From: Phoronis australis | Taxonomy: Eukaryota > Animalia > Phoronida | Reading direction: 5' to 3' | NCBI GenBank assembly: GCA_002633005.1 | Contig: NMRA01000046.1 | Location: 52,926 to 116,925 of the forward strand | DNA length: 64,000 nucleotides | Shown here: one piece after another, positions 49,501 through 60,844 of the stretch | How the letters are laid out: each line of letters opens with the position of its first letter | Numbering within the stretch: position 1 is the stretch's first letter | Position numbers and translations under genes: made by a program | Notes under the pieces: model-generated | The model's database searches: none | What the model was told of the DNA's origin: nothing | What the model saw: the letters and a program-made list of their open reading frames with translations, nothing else

Positions 49501-50107
49501 CATTTCAAGGGTGTGCTACAGTTGAATAGTTCTTAAAACCGATTTACATTGTTTACAAAAAAGCTCAGCTTTAATCACTGCCAATCATGATTCTTAAATC
49601 TAACAAAAAACTCATTCTCAATTAGGGACAATATTTAGGGTACGGGTCCGGGCTGTGGCGACCAACGTCGGTTTTAAATTTAAGAAGACTCAGTGAGACT
49701 TTCGTGAAGACTTGCAGGGACAGGATAGCCTACTAGCTACAGTTAGTTTCTCCCAGCCTTGTGAGTACATGTAGTTCCGGTGGGTGTAGTTGAGGCACAT
49801 CGGCCCTAAGCTTTTCAGTCGCGGTGTGAAATGATGCGATCTTGACATGGATTTGATGAATGTATCGTGGTTAATAATTCATCAATATTCCTACTTCATA
49901 TTCTTTTAGAAATGCAAGTACGTATTCATTTTTCAGTACTCGTAAGACATGCGGGCAATTTCACATGCGCATGAAATTCAAACAATGTGATTTATTACCT
50001 GGGCGTTGTTTTCGGTACATTTGCACCTAGTAGGCTAACCGAAGTGTCGCTTATTTTTGCATATAAAAGTATAACAGTTACACCTGAGTCCGAAATTATA
50101 GATATTT

Positions 50108-50175
50108 TCGGAGTAGTGAACCTTCGGAGTAGTGAATCTTCGGCATTGTGAACCTTTGGAATGGTGATCTGTTCC
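50108..50175. repeat. 16-bp subterminal-type tandem repeat (ttcggagtagtgaacc)n
   Basis: About 4 progressively diverging copies ending in ctgttccc. Confidence 0.75.
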
Positions 50176-50771
50176 CCTTTCCATCAATGATGTAAGCAAC
50201 GTAAGTAACAAAAATACAATAACATGAAAAATTACGTTAAATTATTCTCCGACTAAATATTTCCGTCCGAGTATGTAATGATGTGTAGTGTAATCACTCA
50301 TTTAAAAAAAGCCTGATTTGAAAGTTTGGCAAGAGGTAACGTGAGAACGTTCTATTTATGGGCCACATTACTTCCGAGTTTGAGTCCCGATCTTTGCGAG
50401 CAACCATGCGCGGCATCCTCATTTCTGGTATTACGAGTTCCGTCTTATCTCAAGAACATAGAGCTGAGAGCTATCGTTGGCGTGGATACAGATTTCCCTT
50501 CCCGAAAATTAAGCTGCATCAAGGGCCTTTTCAATCAGATCAAAAAGTCACGTGACAGTCAAGGTGGAGATTGCGCCAGTACACCCCTGTGATAGTAGTT
50601 AATCAGCAGGACGACCACGGATCTGGAAAAGGCCTTTCTCAAAGTTTATGCATGACTCACATTCCAATCCGAGAACGAGGCTAGTACTGTTAGTCTTCAG
50701 GAAGCTGCCTGTTTACTGTGAATCTCTACATAAAGAATAACACACTCAGTGAAATAAATATAACTTATTGG

Positions 50772-51905
50772 GCACACTGCTGTGTCTCTTGCTGCACAAA
50801 TAACAAAAAAAGAAACAAAGTGTTGTCATTTCATCAATTTCATACTGACAAAGAACTAATCAGACAGTGGCTCTTGAAGATTCGCAGATATAAGGTGGCC
50901 AAGGTTGCAAGTAAATTATTACACAATCTCGATGTCAGCTCTAGTTGACTCTGGTGTATCACCATTGCCTAATAGCACTTTGAATTTCCCCAATGTAAAA
51001 CGTTATTTTAAGTGAATATTTAAAAAAATGACAAACCTTGAATGTTCCACAAATTTCTCAAAAACCGTGACTTCAGAGACTGCTTGAGTTGTCAGGCTGG
51101 ACCGAAGACCGTCATATAGATTTGTTTATATCACAGAAAAAGCAGAGTGACATACATGCCCTCTCAAATTGAATGAATCATTTCACAGCCAAAACAAGCA
51201 GTTATGCAATGATACAAACAATACTTCCCCCGTTGTTACTTCCATAACTTTTACGCACTAAAAACTGTGTTGAATCTGAAAGATGTACTAACTTTTACAG
51301 TTATGGAAGGTTCATGGTAATCACAAAGATATCCATTTACACGTACATGTATGAATAGTATGTAACCACTTGCTGTAATTGGAAGTTATATATTAGAAGA
51401 CCTAAATGTGTTAGTCTCCTTGATTAATTGTTCTTTTGGATTGCCGAGGAAAAATTTCAACTTTCAACTGCTCAGTAGCAACAGTATGTATGAAAATATT
51501 GACCTGAGCTAATCTACAGCCAAGCTCACTGGTGACAAACTCACAGTGTTATTCAAAAACTTTAAAGCCCTAGTTGGAGTAGCTATCGTCACTGTACACT
51601 GTCTCAAAATTAGATGAAGCTATTACCAAAATGAGTAGATTTGTTGACTTACTAGAACAAGAGGACAGTGTTATGTCTGATAAAAGATTTCAAATTTATA
51701 AGATACTGAGCATCCATCCATTTCAGAGGAAACAAGAAAACCATAACAAATAGACAGTTTGAGAACACGTGTGGAGAATCATTAGGCACATCAAGGAAAT
51801 CATTTGTGTATACACTCTAATTTCTTTGAACATGACTGGCTCTGTACATCAGTTGTGGACAGTTGCATGTTTTAAGCAAACTTCAGATGCCCAATTGTGA
51901 ATGAA
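50772..51905 (+). mobile_element. Decayed THAP + DDE_Tnp_4 transposase (ISL2EU/Harbinger-type)
   Basis: THAP: HCCVSCCTNNKKRNKVLSFHQFHTDKELIRQWLLKIRR (50772-50888). DDE remnants at ~51550-51905: FKALVGV, DEAITKMSRFVDLLEQEDSVMSDKRFQI, RTRVE, VHQLWTVAC, ANFRCPIV. Confidence 0.85.
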
Positions 51906-53646
51906 TAATACCTAATAGATGGTTTTTCAACAAATGACAAGACTTGTCCAGAGTACTAACTCTGTCAATTTATTTTTGTTAGCATAAGAATGTACATTTC
52001 GCTCAGAACAGTGACTACACCTGTTCTTTGCCATGTTAGTTTTCGACTTCAATAACTTTGGTCAGAGCCAGCGACAACATCACTAACAAATATGGCCAAG
52101 TCAGTTTGCAGGGTAATCAGACCAGTGATAGAACTTGAAGAAAAAAGACCCACCTTGTCGTTCAGGTGTTAAATAAAACTGATGTTTTAGTTCGCGGTTT
52201 TCGAACTGTCCAGATATAAAGAACAACAAGTGTGTATAGAACTTGACTGTGTTATTTTGGTGGAGTCAACGGAACACGTGAAGACGCCTTGGTGATTAAG
52301 ACTGAAGATGCCGCAAGTTTCAAGTTTTGGACTGTTGGAGCTGACGTTCGACCCTGTCTTCGTTCCAAGTTTCGCGTAACTTGTTATCATGTTTGTAAAT
52401 ATGTAAAGAGGTATTAATTTAGATCAGGATAACCGAAAAGTGGTCCTTTTGTTTATATTACCGTAACATGACTCATGAAACAATCTAATGAATTTACAAA
52501 TTAAACTGACAGCATTAAATGTTTTAATATTAATTGATCCAGTAGTTTTACCATTCATTGGTATCTTTGAATTCTTCTTGCGAAACAAAAAATCCAATGA
52601 AATGCACTGTTACTATGCCTGACCAACTGACAGCCCATGACAACAACTGAAGAATGTTTTTACAGTCACCTCTTATTGAGATTAGGTAACATTCACTGAA
52701 GTAATTATTGTATTTGTACCCTTTGGACATGATTCTTGTCTGATGACTGTGAAGATTTTTACAATAAGATTTCAGAAAGCTATATGTTATGTTTGGAACA
52801 AGTTTAAAGCTCACGAACAGCCATCACACAGAAGGCTGCCATGACTGTGAACAGGAAGTAGTTTAACAGTGTTAGCCTCGCTTTGGATTTCCTCTTAATA
52901 ATCATAGACATAAGCGACGATGTTTCGCCACTAGCGCGTGGCTAATGCAATGCGGCTACAGAACGTATCATGACACAAACACCAAGCCAAACGAAACAAA
53001 AATCCACCTTGCTTTATATATGAATCTCGCAAAAAGTTCATTTAGTTTCTTTTGTCAAAATAAAATTTAATCATGGGATCGTTTGTAATAAACAAAGGCT
53101 GCTCAAGTGCTCAGTTGTCCCATTAATAAGTCTCGTCTGACAGTTGAAATAAATTAATTGATAGGACGACCGTTAAGAAAATCACAAACTAACTTCATTA
53201 ACGTTTTCCCAGCAATTACTTTATTCAATTTCCGGGAAATAAAGCTGTGTTTTTGACATTCGACGATCGTTTTCTATTCTTGTTCAAACTGACCTTACAA
53301 GTATTTTTGTCAAATTAAACATGTTTTGTTGCTGTATTAAATGTATATTCGTGCAATATATTTTATCCATATAGCCTGATAAGCTGAGCTTCGCATACTA
53401 TGTAAAGTAATCTCAGTTACTTTTGTTAATAGCTTTATTCCCACCATGAGCCTGTGTCTCAAAAAGAATTTTATTAATATATCTTATGAAATTTAATAGC
53501 TTAAGAAACAAGCCAAGAATTTAAAAAAAAAATCTGTCATCGGGGTTGTACGTAATGGGCGGAAGACAGTCTCTGCCATTGTGGTTTTTACCAGTGCGAT
53601 ACTGAGGAGTTGTGAGGAAAGTCCGCGGAGAGCTGCCTTTTCAGAC

Positions 53647-53864
53647 ATGAAAAGGCGCATTTGTGGAGGGTATAGTAACAGCAACTTGAACGATAACGTC
53701 TCTGTGTTCAAACTTCTTAAAGACGTGAAAGTTGCACAGAAATTGCATCAGTTTGTGCGCCGTACGAGGGTGTGAAATGTCATTTTGGAACTGCGATTCC
53801 ATCGGGAGCCACCATTTGTTCCGCACATTTCAAGGCATCGTTACGATGAAGGACTCGTCACCTT
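53647..53864 (+). pseudogene. Decayed THAP-domain exon
   Basis: MKRRICGGYSNSNLNDNVSVFKLLKDVKVAQKLHQFVRRTR ... ATICSAHF, then GTAAGT at 53865. Confidence 0.78.
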
Positions 53865-55483
53865 GTAAGTGTAATTGCAAATTTTATAAATACCGAACAA
53901 ACTGCTTTCATTCTAGGGCGAGTGATGCCAGGCCATCATCCCCGTTTCAGATCGAGTGCTACGACAAGTAGGCTTATGTGTTTAGACGGTGCTCATTCCA
54001 ACAGGGCAATAGTGAATACGTGTGACCCAGATTGACTGTAATCTTTGTCAGTAATTATTAAAGTCCTTATCTTAAAATGCCAATGTGGCTCCAGTATCCG
54101 AAAATACTTAATGAATAAAATCTTATTTTCGATACCCTTTCGTTATATTCTTTTCGCCTTTCGTGCCACAAGCGTTTTTTACCTGTATTTGACCCTTCTC
54201 TGTGGGCAGATAATTATCGGCTGTCATCGGTTCGGAACGCCGCCATTTTTTCCTTGTAACTATATCTGCTATCGCTTGATCGAAAAATCTTCATTATTTT
54301 GTTTTATTAGTAATATCTCGTGATTCGTTTGTACATATTGTGTATACATAGTTCGTAATTAGTGGTCGATTGCCACCCCCACTCAATTTACAATTATCGA
54401 TGTGGTTCAGTTGTAAGGTCACTTCCTGCCACTCACTGCTTAATAAATAAAAAAATGATAACATTTTGTATTGGACTTGTCATACTTATGTGGTCGAACG
54501 AGCCCCCTATTTGGAGAGATGGAAAAAGGTCTGCCTCAGTCAGAGAAGCAAGAACTCCGAAAAAAGTACAAAACGAGACAGAAGACCACTAGAAGGATTA
54601 GTCTTCCTGGTACGATTTTACGTTTCGTTGGTTTAATTCAGGTGTAGCAGTGCTACAACTCAGGGCTTCTTCTCTTGTTGTAAATTGACCTATCGCAAGC
54701 TCCGGCAAAAGGTACCCGCTCATCCAAAACCTTTACGGCAAACAGGTAGCGCTTCTCACCAATCACGTGTCATTTTATCGCTCAAATAAGACTGTCTGCC
54801 AGAGAATCTTAACCAAGTACCTTGACCTACATTCTGCTGCTGCTGTAACCACAGGTCACGAGAGTTCATGAACCAGACAGTGTATGTCCAGATGAGTGGC
54901 GAATTTGTGTGGAAAAGAAATCTTTGTGTCCGACATTCCATGTTTAAAACCCCATTTGTATTAACTATTTATAACATATAATTAAGATGAAAGTGTTAAT
55001 AATATATACGCTGTTGTGGTTGCTCGGCCTAAACGCTGGGGTAAAATATATATTCAATAAACGTGACCATGGTGAGGCTACTAAACCGGGCCCGGCCAAT
55101 TTTCCGCCCGGCGAGATTTTTGGCAACTCAACAACCATAATTTTAATTAGGTTGAAATATAACCACTACATTTTTTAAATTATGCTTGAATTCTACATAG
55201 TGATATACATGTTAGGTTTTATTCTCTTGCGATATTTTCTTTTTCGTTCAGTGTCTCGTTAGCCAACAATACTGAGCCCAGCAGACCGGACTGGCCGTGG
55301 TACGGCACGGCAGCTGATGGTTCACCAAGTAGAAACGTCTGTATTTTATGTTCTATCAACACAAGATTCAGTTCACACAAGAATGTCACATGACTGTAAG
55401 CAGCGCTGCCTGTTAGTAAAGCATCATTGCATCCTGCGCCATCTGTTTGCCGTAAAGGTTTTGGATGAGCGGGTACCTTTTGC

Positions 55484-55605
55484 NNNNNNNNNNNNNNNNN
55501 NNNNNNNNNNNNNNNNNNNNNNNNNNNNNNNNNNNNNNNNNNNNNNNNNNNNNNNNNNNNNNNNNNNNNNNNNNNNNNNNNNNNNNNNNNNNNNNNNNNN
55601 NNNNN
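55484..55605. other. Assembly gap
   Basis: Run of N. Confidence 0.99.
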
Positions 55606-55950
55606 AAAAATGACGGGATATTATTCTGGAGCAGCATAACGGCTGTCGGTGCTACACACGCCATATCAACACCGTTTCCCCATTCTTAGCGGACAATTTC
55701 TTGAGCTATAGACTAAAGTAAGTTTTACTCGACTACGTGTGGTTTGTCGGCGGCTTGGAAACGCAGACGAAGGTGTGCCAAGAATGCTTTGTTCTTATTG
55801 GTCAATTAAGCCGTCCGTCATAATCCTGGCGATAGGTCAATTGTACTGGTCAGGATTTGCAAGCCTCGCGTGGCATGCAATATGGCAATAGACGGAAGTC
55901 ATCTGCTGGTCCTCAAAGTGCACCATCACGTGAACGGCCGCACGGAAATG

Positions 55951-56961
55951 CAGTGGCGGATCTAGGATATCACAAAGGGGGGGGCCCAACATTTTGTCCG
56001 GCTGTAAGAATTGCGTAAACTGAACCACGATTGTAGATGTGCATAGCACCGAATGGGGGGAGGTCGGGAGGGGAGTTTGCCCCCCTCCCGCCCAGGAAAT
56101 TTTTCTGTTTTTACCTCTAAAAATCAAGCATTTTCCTTGATTCCTGAAGTATTATTCACGAAAAAAGGCAAAAAAAACCCCCGAGAATGTGTCAAACAGG
56201 AAAAACTTCAAGTATCAAAGACTCGAACTCACGACCTGGCTATTAGTGCGCGTGTGCGTTGCCACTACACCACCGCGATTCAACTACTTACCTCATACTA
56301 AGAGACCTACTTGTTTATGGTCCACAGCGTCTTTTTGTAATGCTTACTATACGTTTTATATTTTGTGCCATTGATTCTTAACAAATTTGTCGTATTTAAG
56401 ATAGTCTTCAAATGCCAAAAAGACCAAATCCGTTTTTCGTGTTGGCAATAATGACGGGATTGCTTTGGAAATCGTCTTAAGATAAGGTTTGGCAAAGAGA
56501 GTATTGCGAGTTTCTGAGTGATTCACTAAGGCTTCGATTAAAATTCACATCTTACCAGCAGCTTCTGTTTTTTCATCGTCACTCAGGTTCCATTTTCTTT
56601 AAAAAATGAAGTAAATTTTCTTCATTGCACAGTGGAGCAGACGACGGAAACGGAGTCGTAGTGCGCAGCGCCACTGCCGGTCGCCTGGGATATCGCGGGA
56701 GAGCCTATACTTAGCCATGATAGTTCCGTTACGAATGCGCCGTGTTCCGAATTTGACACTTGAAATTGGATTTGAGCACCCCCCCTCCCCAACACTAAAA
56801 CTGCACACATTTAAATCTTTTTTCATCCGTATAATTTTAATCACCGGGGTTAATTATTAAGCTCAACATTTCCCTGCGCTCTTACTGTTTTATTTTTCTT
56901 GCGGCAGTCAAGGGAGGGGGGGCCCGGGCCCCCTGGGCCCCCCCCCTAAAATCCGCCTATG
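55951..56961 (+). mobile_element. Non-autonomous DNA transposon with 5-bp TSD (hAT5-like), copy 2
   Basis: Same ends as 5409-6331; TSD AAATG. Confidence 0.9.
56214..56278 (-). promoter_or_regulatory. tRNA-like / SINE-head Pol III internal promoter inside the MITE
   Basis: A-box TGGTGTAGTGG (56272-56262) and B-box GTTCGAGTC (56228-56220) at tRNA-like spacing; the cloverleaf is degenerate. Confidence 0.6.
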
Positions 56962-57924
56962 AAATGTGTTGGTCAAGGGGAACCAAGGGTAAATGTTCTG
57001 TGCTGTTAAAGTTGATGAAGGTGTTCAAAATACCCAAGACTCGTTGAGGAATATTTGTATAACTGTCGAATGGGTAGACATCAAGACTTTCGCGAATAGA
57101 GCTAATGATGATCACTGTGACGTAGGGCCTTCGTCATTAAAGGCGTAATAAGTGAGCTGTTCACTGAAAGTAAATCATTAGATTGTTGTCGAAGACTTTG
57201 GGTACATATGTGAACAGTTTTTTCAGCTGAACAATTTCCAAATGGCTTTAATCTAGCACTTAAACTGTGTTGAAATATACAAGCTCGCCAAATTATAAGT
57301 GGGTTGTTTGCATGATTAACATAGAAAATGTGAGAAACTTTAATTGATCCGGCATTCGATGTCCTGAAAAAGAACGCAGTCTTATACACTGCATGGATAT
57401 TGCCTTTTAAACCAGAAAAAAACAACCCGTTGAAACTTCATTTATTATTGGAAACGTGCCCTCCCCAGTATGACTTCTCCGACGGAAAAACAAACAGCAC
57501 TCAAAGTTTTTCAACTAAAAAAAATGAGACTCTTAAGTAGTTATAACAGTATAGTATCTCGTTGACGTTAGAACGAGATTGAAAATTGTTACATTGAGAT
57601 AATAGACGAGGTAATCAGCGATTTGGTAAATGGCCGACGCCAATGCTTCGCTGTAGAAAACTCTGTTACGAGTGAACGAATTTCTGTGTTAACCAAACGG
57701 CCATTACTAACTCATACGCAAAGTCTAAAGGTCACCAAACAAGTTCAGTAACGTTGTTGGATTGAGTACAAAGCCTAGCCTTTGAGTAAGAGAAGGCGAC
57801 GGAAAGTTTAACAAAACTTTGGACCATTGATGGATGAGGCCCATGAGGGTAGTTGGTCCAGAACCCTGCATGTGACGGAGTTAGTGGTTTTCTCTGCGTA
57901 TGTGGCACCAGCACTGTGCAGACC

Positions 57925-58038
57925 CAATTGCCACATCCCAAATTGCCACAACTTCAAAATCGTGACAATTTGAGCAAATTGTGATATTTTGGGCCTGCAG
58001 CGCTGACCCAAATTGTCACAATTTTGAAGTTGTGACAA
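57925..58038. repeat. Small inverted/modular repeat (MITE remnant)
   Basis: cacaacttcaaaatcgtgacaatttg pairs with caaattgtcacaattttgaagttgtg. Confidence 0.7.
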
Positions 58039-60693
58039 GATGAGACGTTGTGAATAGCCTTTGTTCAATATGTGTTCAATATATGATGAAAAACTGCTTT
58101 TAAAACCAACTGAACACGAGTTAATAAAATGCTGATTAAATTGAGCATGGCCATGAGGGAGCTTAATGAAAAATAAAATTACTTTTGACGGCTGTGTTAT
58201 TAACTCAACAATAAAATGATGCACAAAACATCATTGTAACAAATGTACAACGCACCAGAGCGTCAACTATGAAAAGTTAATACATTGCACTGAACATGAC
58301 CTTCAAAAGAAACGAATTCTGCAAACGCAATAAGATAAACAATGATATAAATCAAGCATCAGAACCCATATAATGCCAAACAAATCGGAGTAAGCATTAC
58401 TAACTTCCAGAAATAACAGTTTGGGTGACTTTTTAAATTTAGAGTTATGCCTACAGTGCATGCTGTCTATAACGCGGGGCCGCCTTTCGTTGTGGTCTCC
58501 GTCTTCATCGAAGGACATCACACCATTTCCCGCAGGCTGTGGCTAACTAGGGAAGCTCATCATTTGGGATGCCGACATCAAAGTCCTGAAACATAAACAA
58601 TATTTTCTCACATGACCTGGAATGTGTTACGACACGACTGGTTTATAACACCGAGTACGTAATTTTTTTATATTACATGGGCGAATCACAAAGCAGTGCA
58701 AAGTAGAAATCCATAGACCTTACATTTTATCGTTTGCTTTGCAAAACACTAAAACAAACAAGCGCGCGCCAACCAAACGACGCCGGAATTCCAAATAGTG
58801 ACAAGGTTATCATTGACAAATCGGGTGTCGCAACTGTATGTTGGAAGAACGTACAAGCAACTTCTTAAACTGACCTATCTTCGGCGGCAAATTCCATATC
58901 CACGTTCATGTTTCAAACAGAGACTAGCCCCAACTCAAGAAACGCGGCGAGACTGTCTAGCTGCGCTGTCTCAAGATCATATCACTGCTCACACGCGGGG
59001 AAGCCTTGCTGACTGTTATTACTTGTTTATAAACATTTTTAAGTTTTCATATTACAACTTCAAAGACTATTTATTAGATTCTAACTTGAATATTTGCTAC
59101 GAAGCTGAATGCAATTTACAATTGTTAAGCTTAAAATAAAACTATTACCGGTAACAAAAAGTAACTGAATTACTTATTCTGTATTTCCTTCTGCAACAGA
59201 ACAAAATGTTTACCGTCGATAGTTTGATGTCTACATCTGGGTAGAGTTCAATAACGCTTAGGAACTCGCTAGGATCTTGATAGAAAAGCAAAACTTCGCT
59301 CGCTTTTCGACATTCTGAAAATCTATTGACCGTTCAGTCCACGCATGCCAATGAAATGGCTAAATCTGTCGTACTTCAATGTCAAACAGTTTTTCCAATG
59401 TGTAACGAAGCACTTTAAAGCACAAAAAACACCTAGCTAACACATACTGTGCATAGTCAGGCTGTACTGTTACTTCACCTAGCCAGGGTTTGTTTTGTTT
59501 ATGTAGTTTGTAGTGTAGCCACCGGGTGTCTTCTCTTCTTCCTGTAGAGTGACTTATGTGCTCCTATATTTTCATTGAGTTTTAGTCTTTGGACTATTGT
59601 TATGGAGATGTACTCAGATTGGCCATGGGTGTGGTACACAGCAGCTGCATTAGTTTTCTGACAGTCTTATGAGACAGATGCTAGGTTTGGCAGTCACAGG
59701 GCTTCACATTCTGTAAGTTGAAATTTTGTTATTTTGTTTTCTCTCATACTGTGTAGTTATCTAGAATTTGGTCAGTGAATTGCTTACTCTGTTTAGTTTG
59801 ACTTGACTGCTAGTTTAACTACTGTTTATAGGTTTTGCTATTTAGCTATTGTGGAATGCTATCCTATATTCAGAGTCAGTTTGGTAGATTTTGGATACCT
59901 CGTTGATTGTAGTTTCGTTGTTTTTTTCAGTAAACGTATATATGTGACACAGAACCAAGGTGTTTTCTTTAATCCGGATTGCCCGGCCTGTGGTGTCGTC
60001 ACAGCCTGCTAAAACTAGATTTCCACCACTGACTTTTGTTATTGAAAGAATTGCTCTGGCATGCAGGCGGCAGGCTGCTTCTACTCACTTTCTCCACTTC
60101 TTTGCACTAGTTCAGGTACCCTGCAGTAGAAACTGAAAAATACTTTGTGTTAGAATGTTCTCAACGTAACGATCTTCCGCAACGGTATGAAATCAATGTC
60201 AGACATCTGAATTTTGAAAATCTACAGTGGAATAACAACATCAACAGTTTGAAACACATAGTCCGTCTTACTGTTAACACAGAAGCCAGACGAAACTATG
60301 CTTGAACTGACTGGATAATGGTGTCTGCTTTTGGTTCAGGGTAGAGTAAATACCGTTCACCTTTATTAATGTTACATTTTTGTGCCATATGCAGGAAATG
60401 TTCTGCTAAGGCCAACACGATTTCCCGCTTTGCGTTCATTAATGAAAGCGCTTTTGGTGAGTGCTTCTGATTATTACACGTCGCTATTCATCGAACCCCT
60501 TCCTGAGAGCACGTTTCAAAAATTTAACATGGCAAATGCCAAAAAATGGAAAATATCACACACGTCTCGGTTTTTCGACATGGGCAAAATTTCTTGGAAA
60601 TTTTGTCATAGTCCGGAGACTGTGTGCACACTTTTGCGTCAAAAGTAGACGAAGGTAGTTTACTTAGTTATATTAAAGTGGTTCGTACCATAG

Positions 60694-60844
60694 CAGAAGC
60701 GGATTTAAGGGGGGAGGGGGCTGGCCCCCTAAAATTCTCCCAGATTCCATTTTGCAGTTCGGGGGTGCAAATGTCTGAGAGACAAAATCCTGGAAAATAC
60801 TCTGCCCCGTCCCCCCTAACTCAAAAACCATGGATCCGCCCCAG
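60694..60844 (+). mobile_element. Short hAT5-like MITE
   Basis: cagaagcggatttaagggg...tggatccgccccag; homologous to 34596 and 39451. TSD degraded. Confidence 0.8.

Noticed and set aside
56214-56278. Functional tRNA gene
   Set aside because: Acceptor and anticodon stems do not pair and the T-stem is partly broken; kept only as a SINE-head-like promoter.
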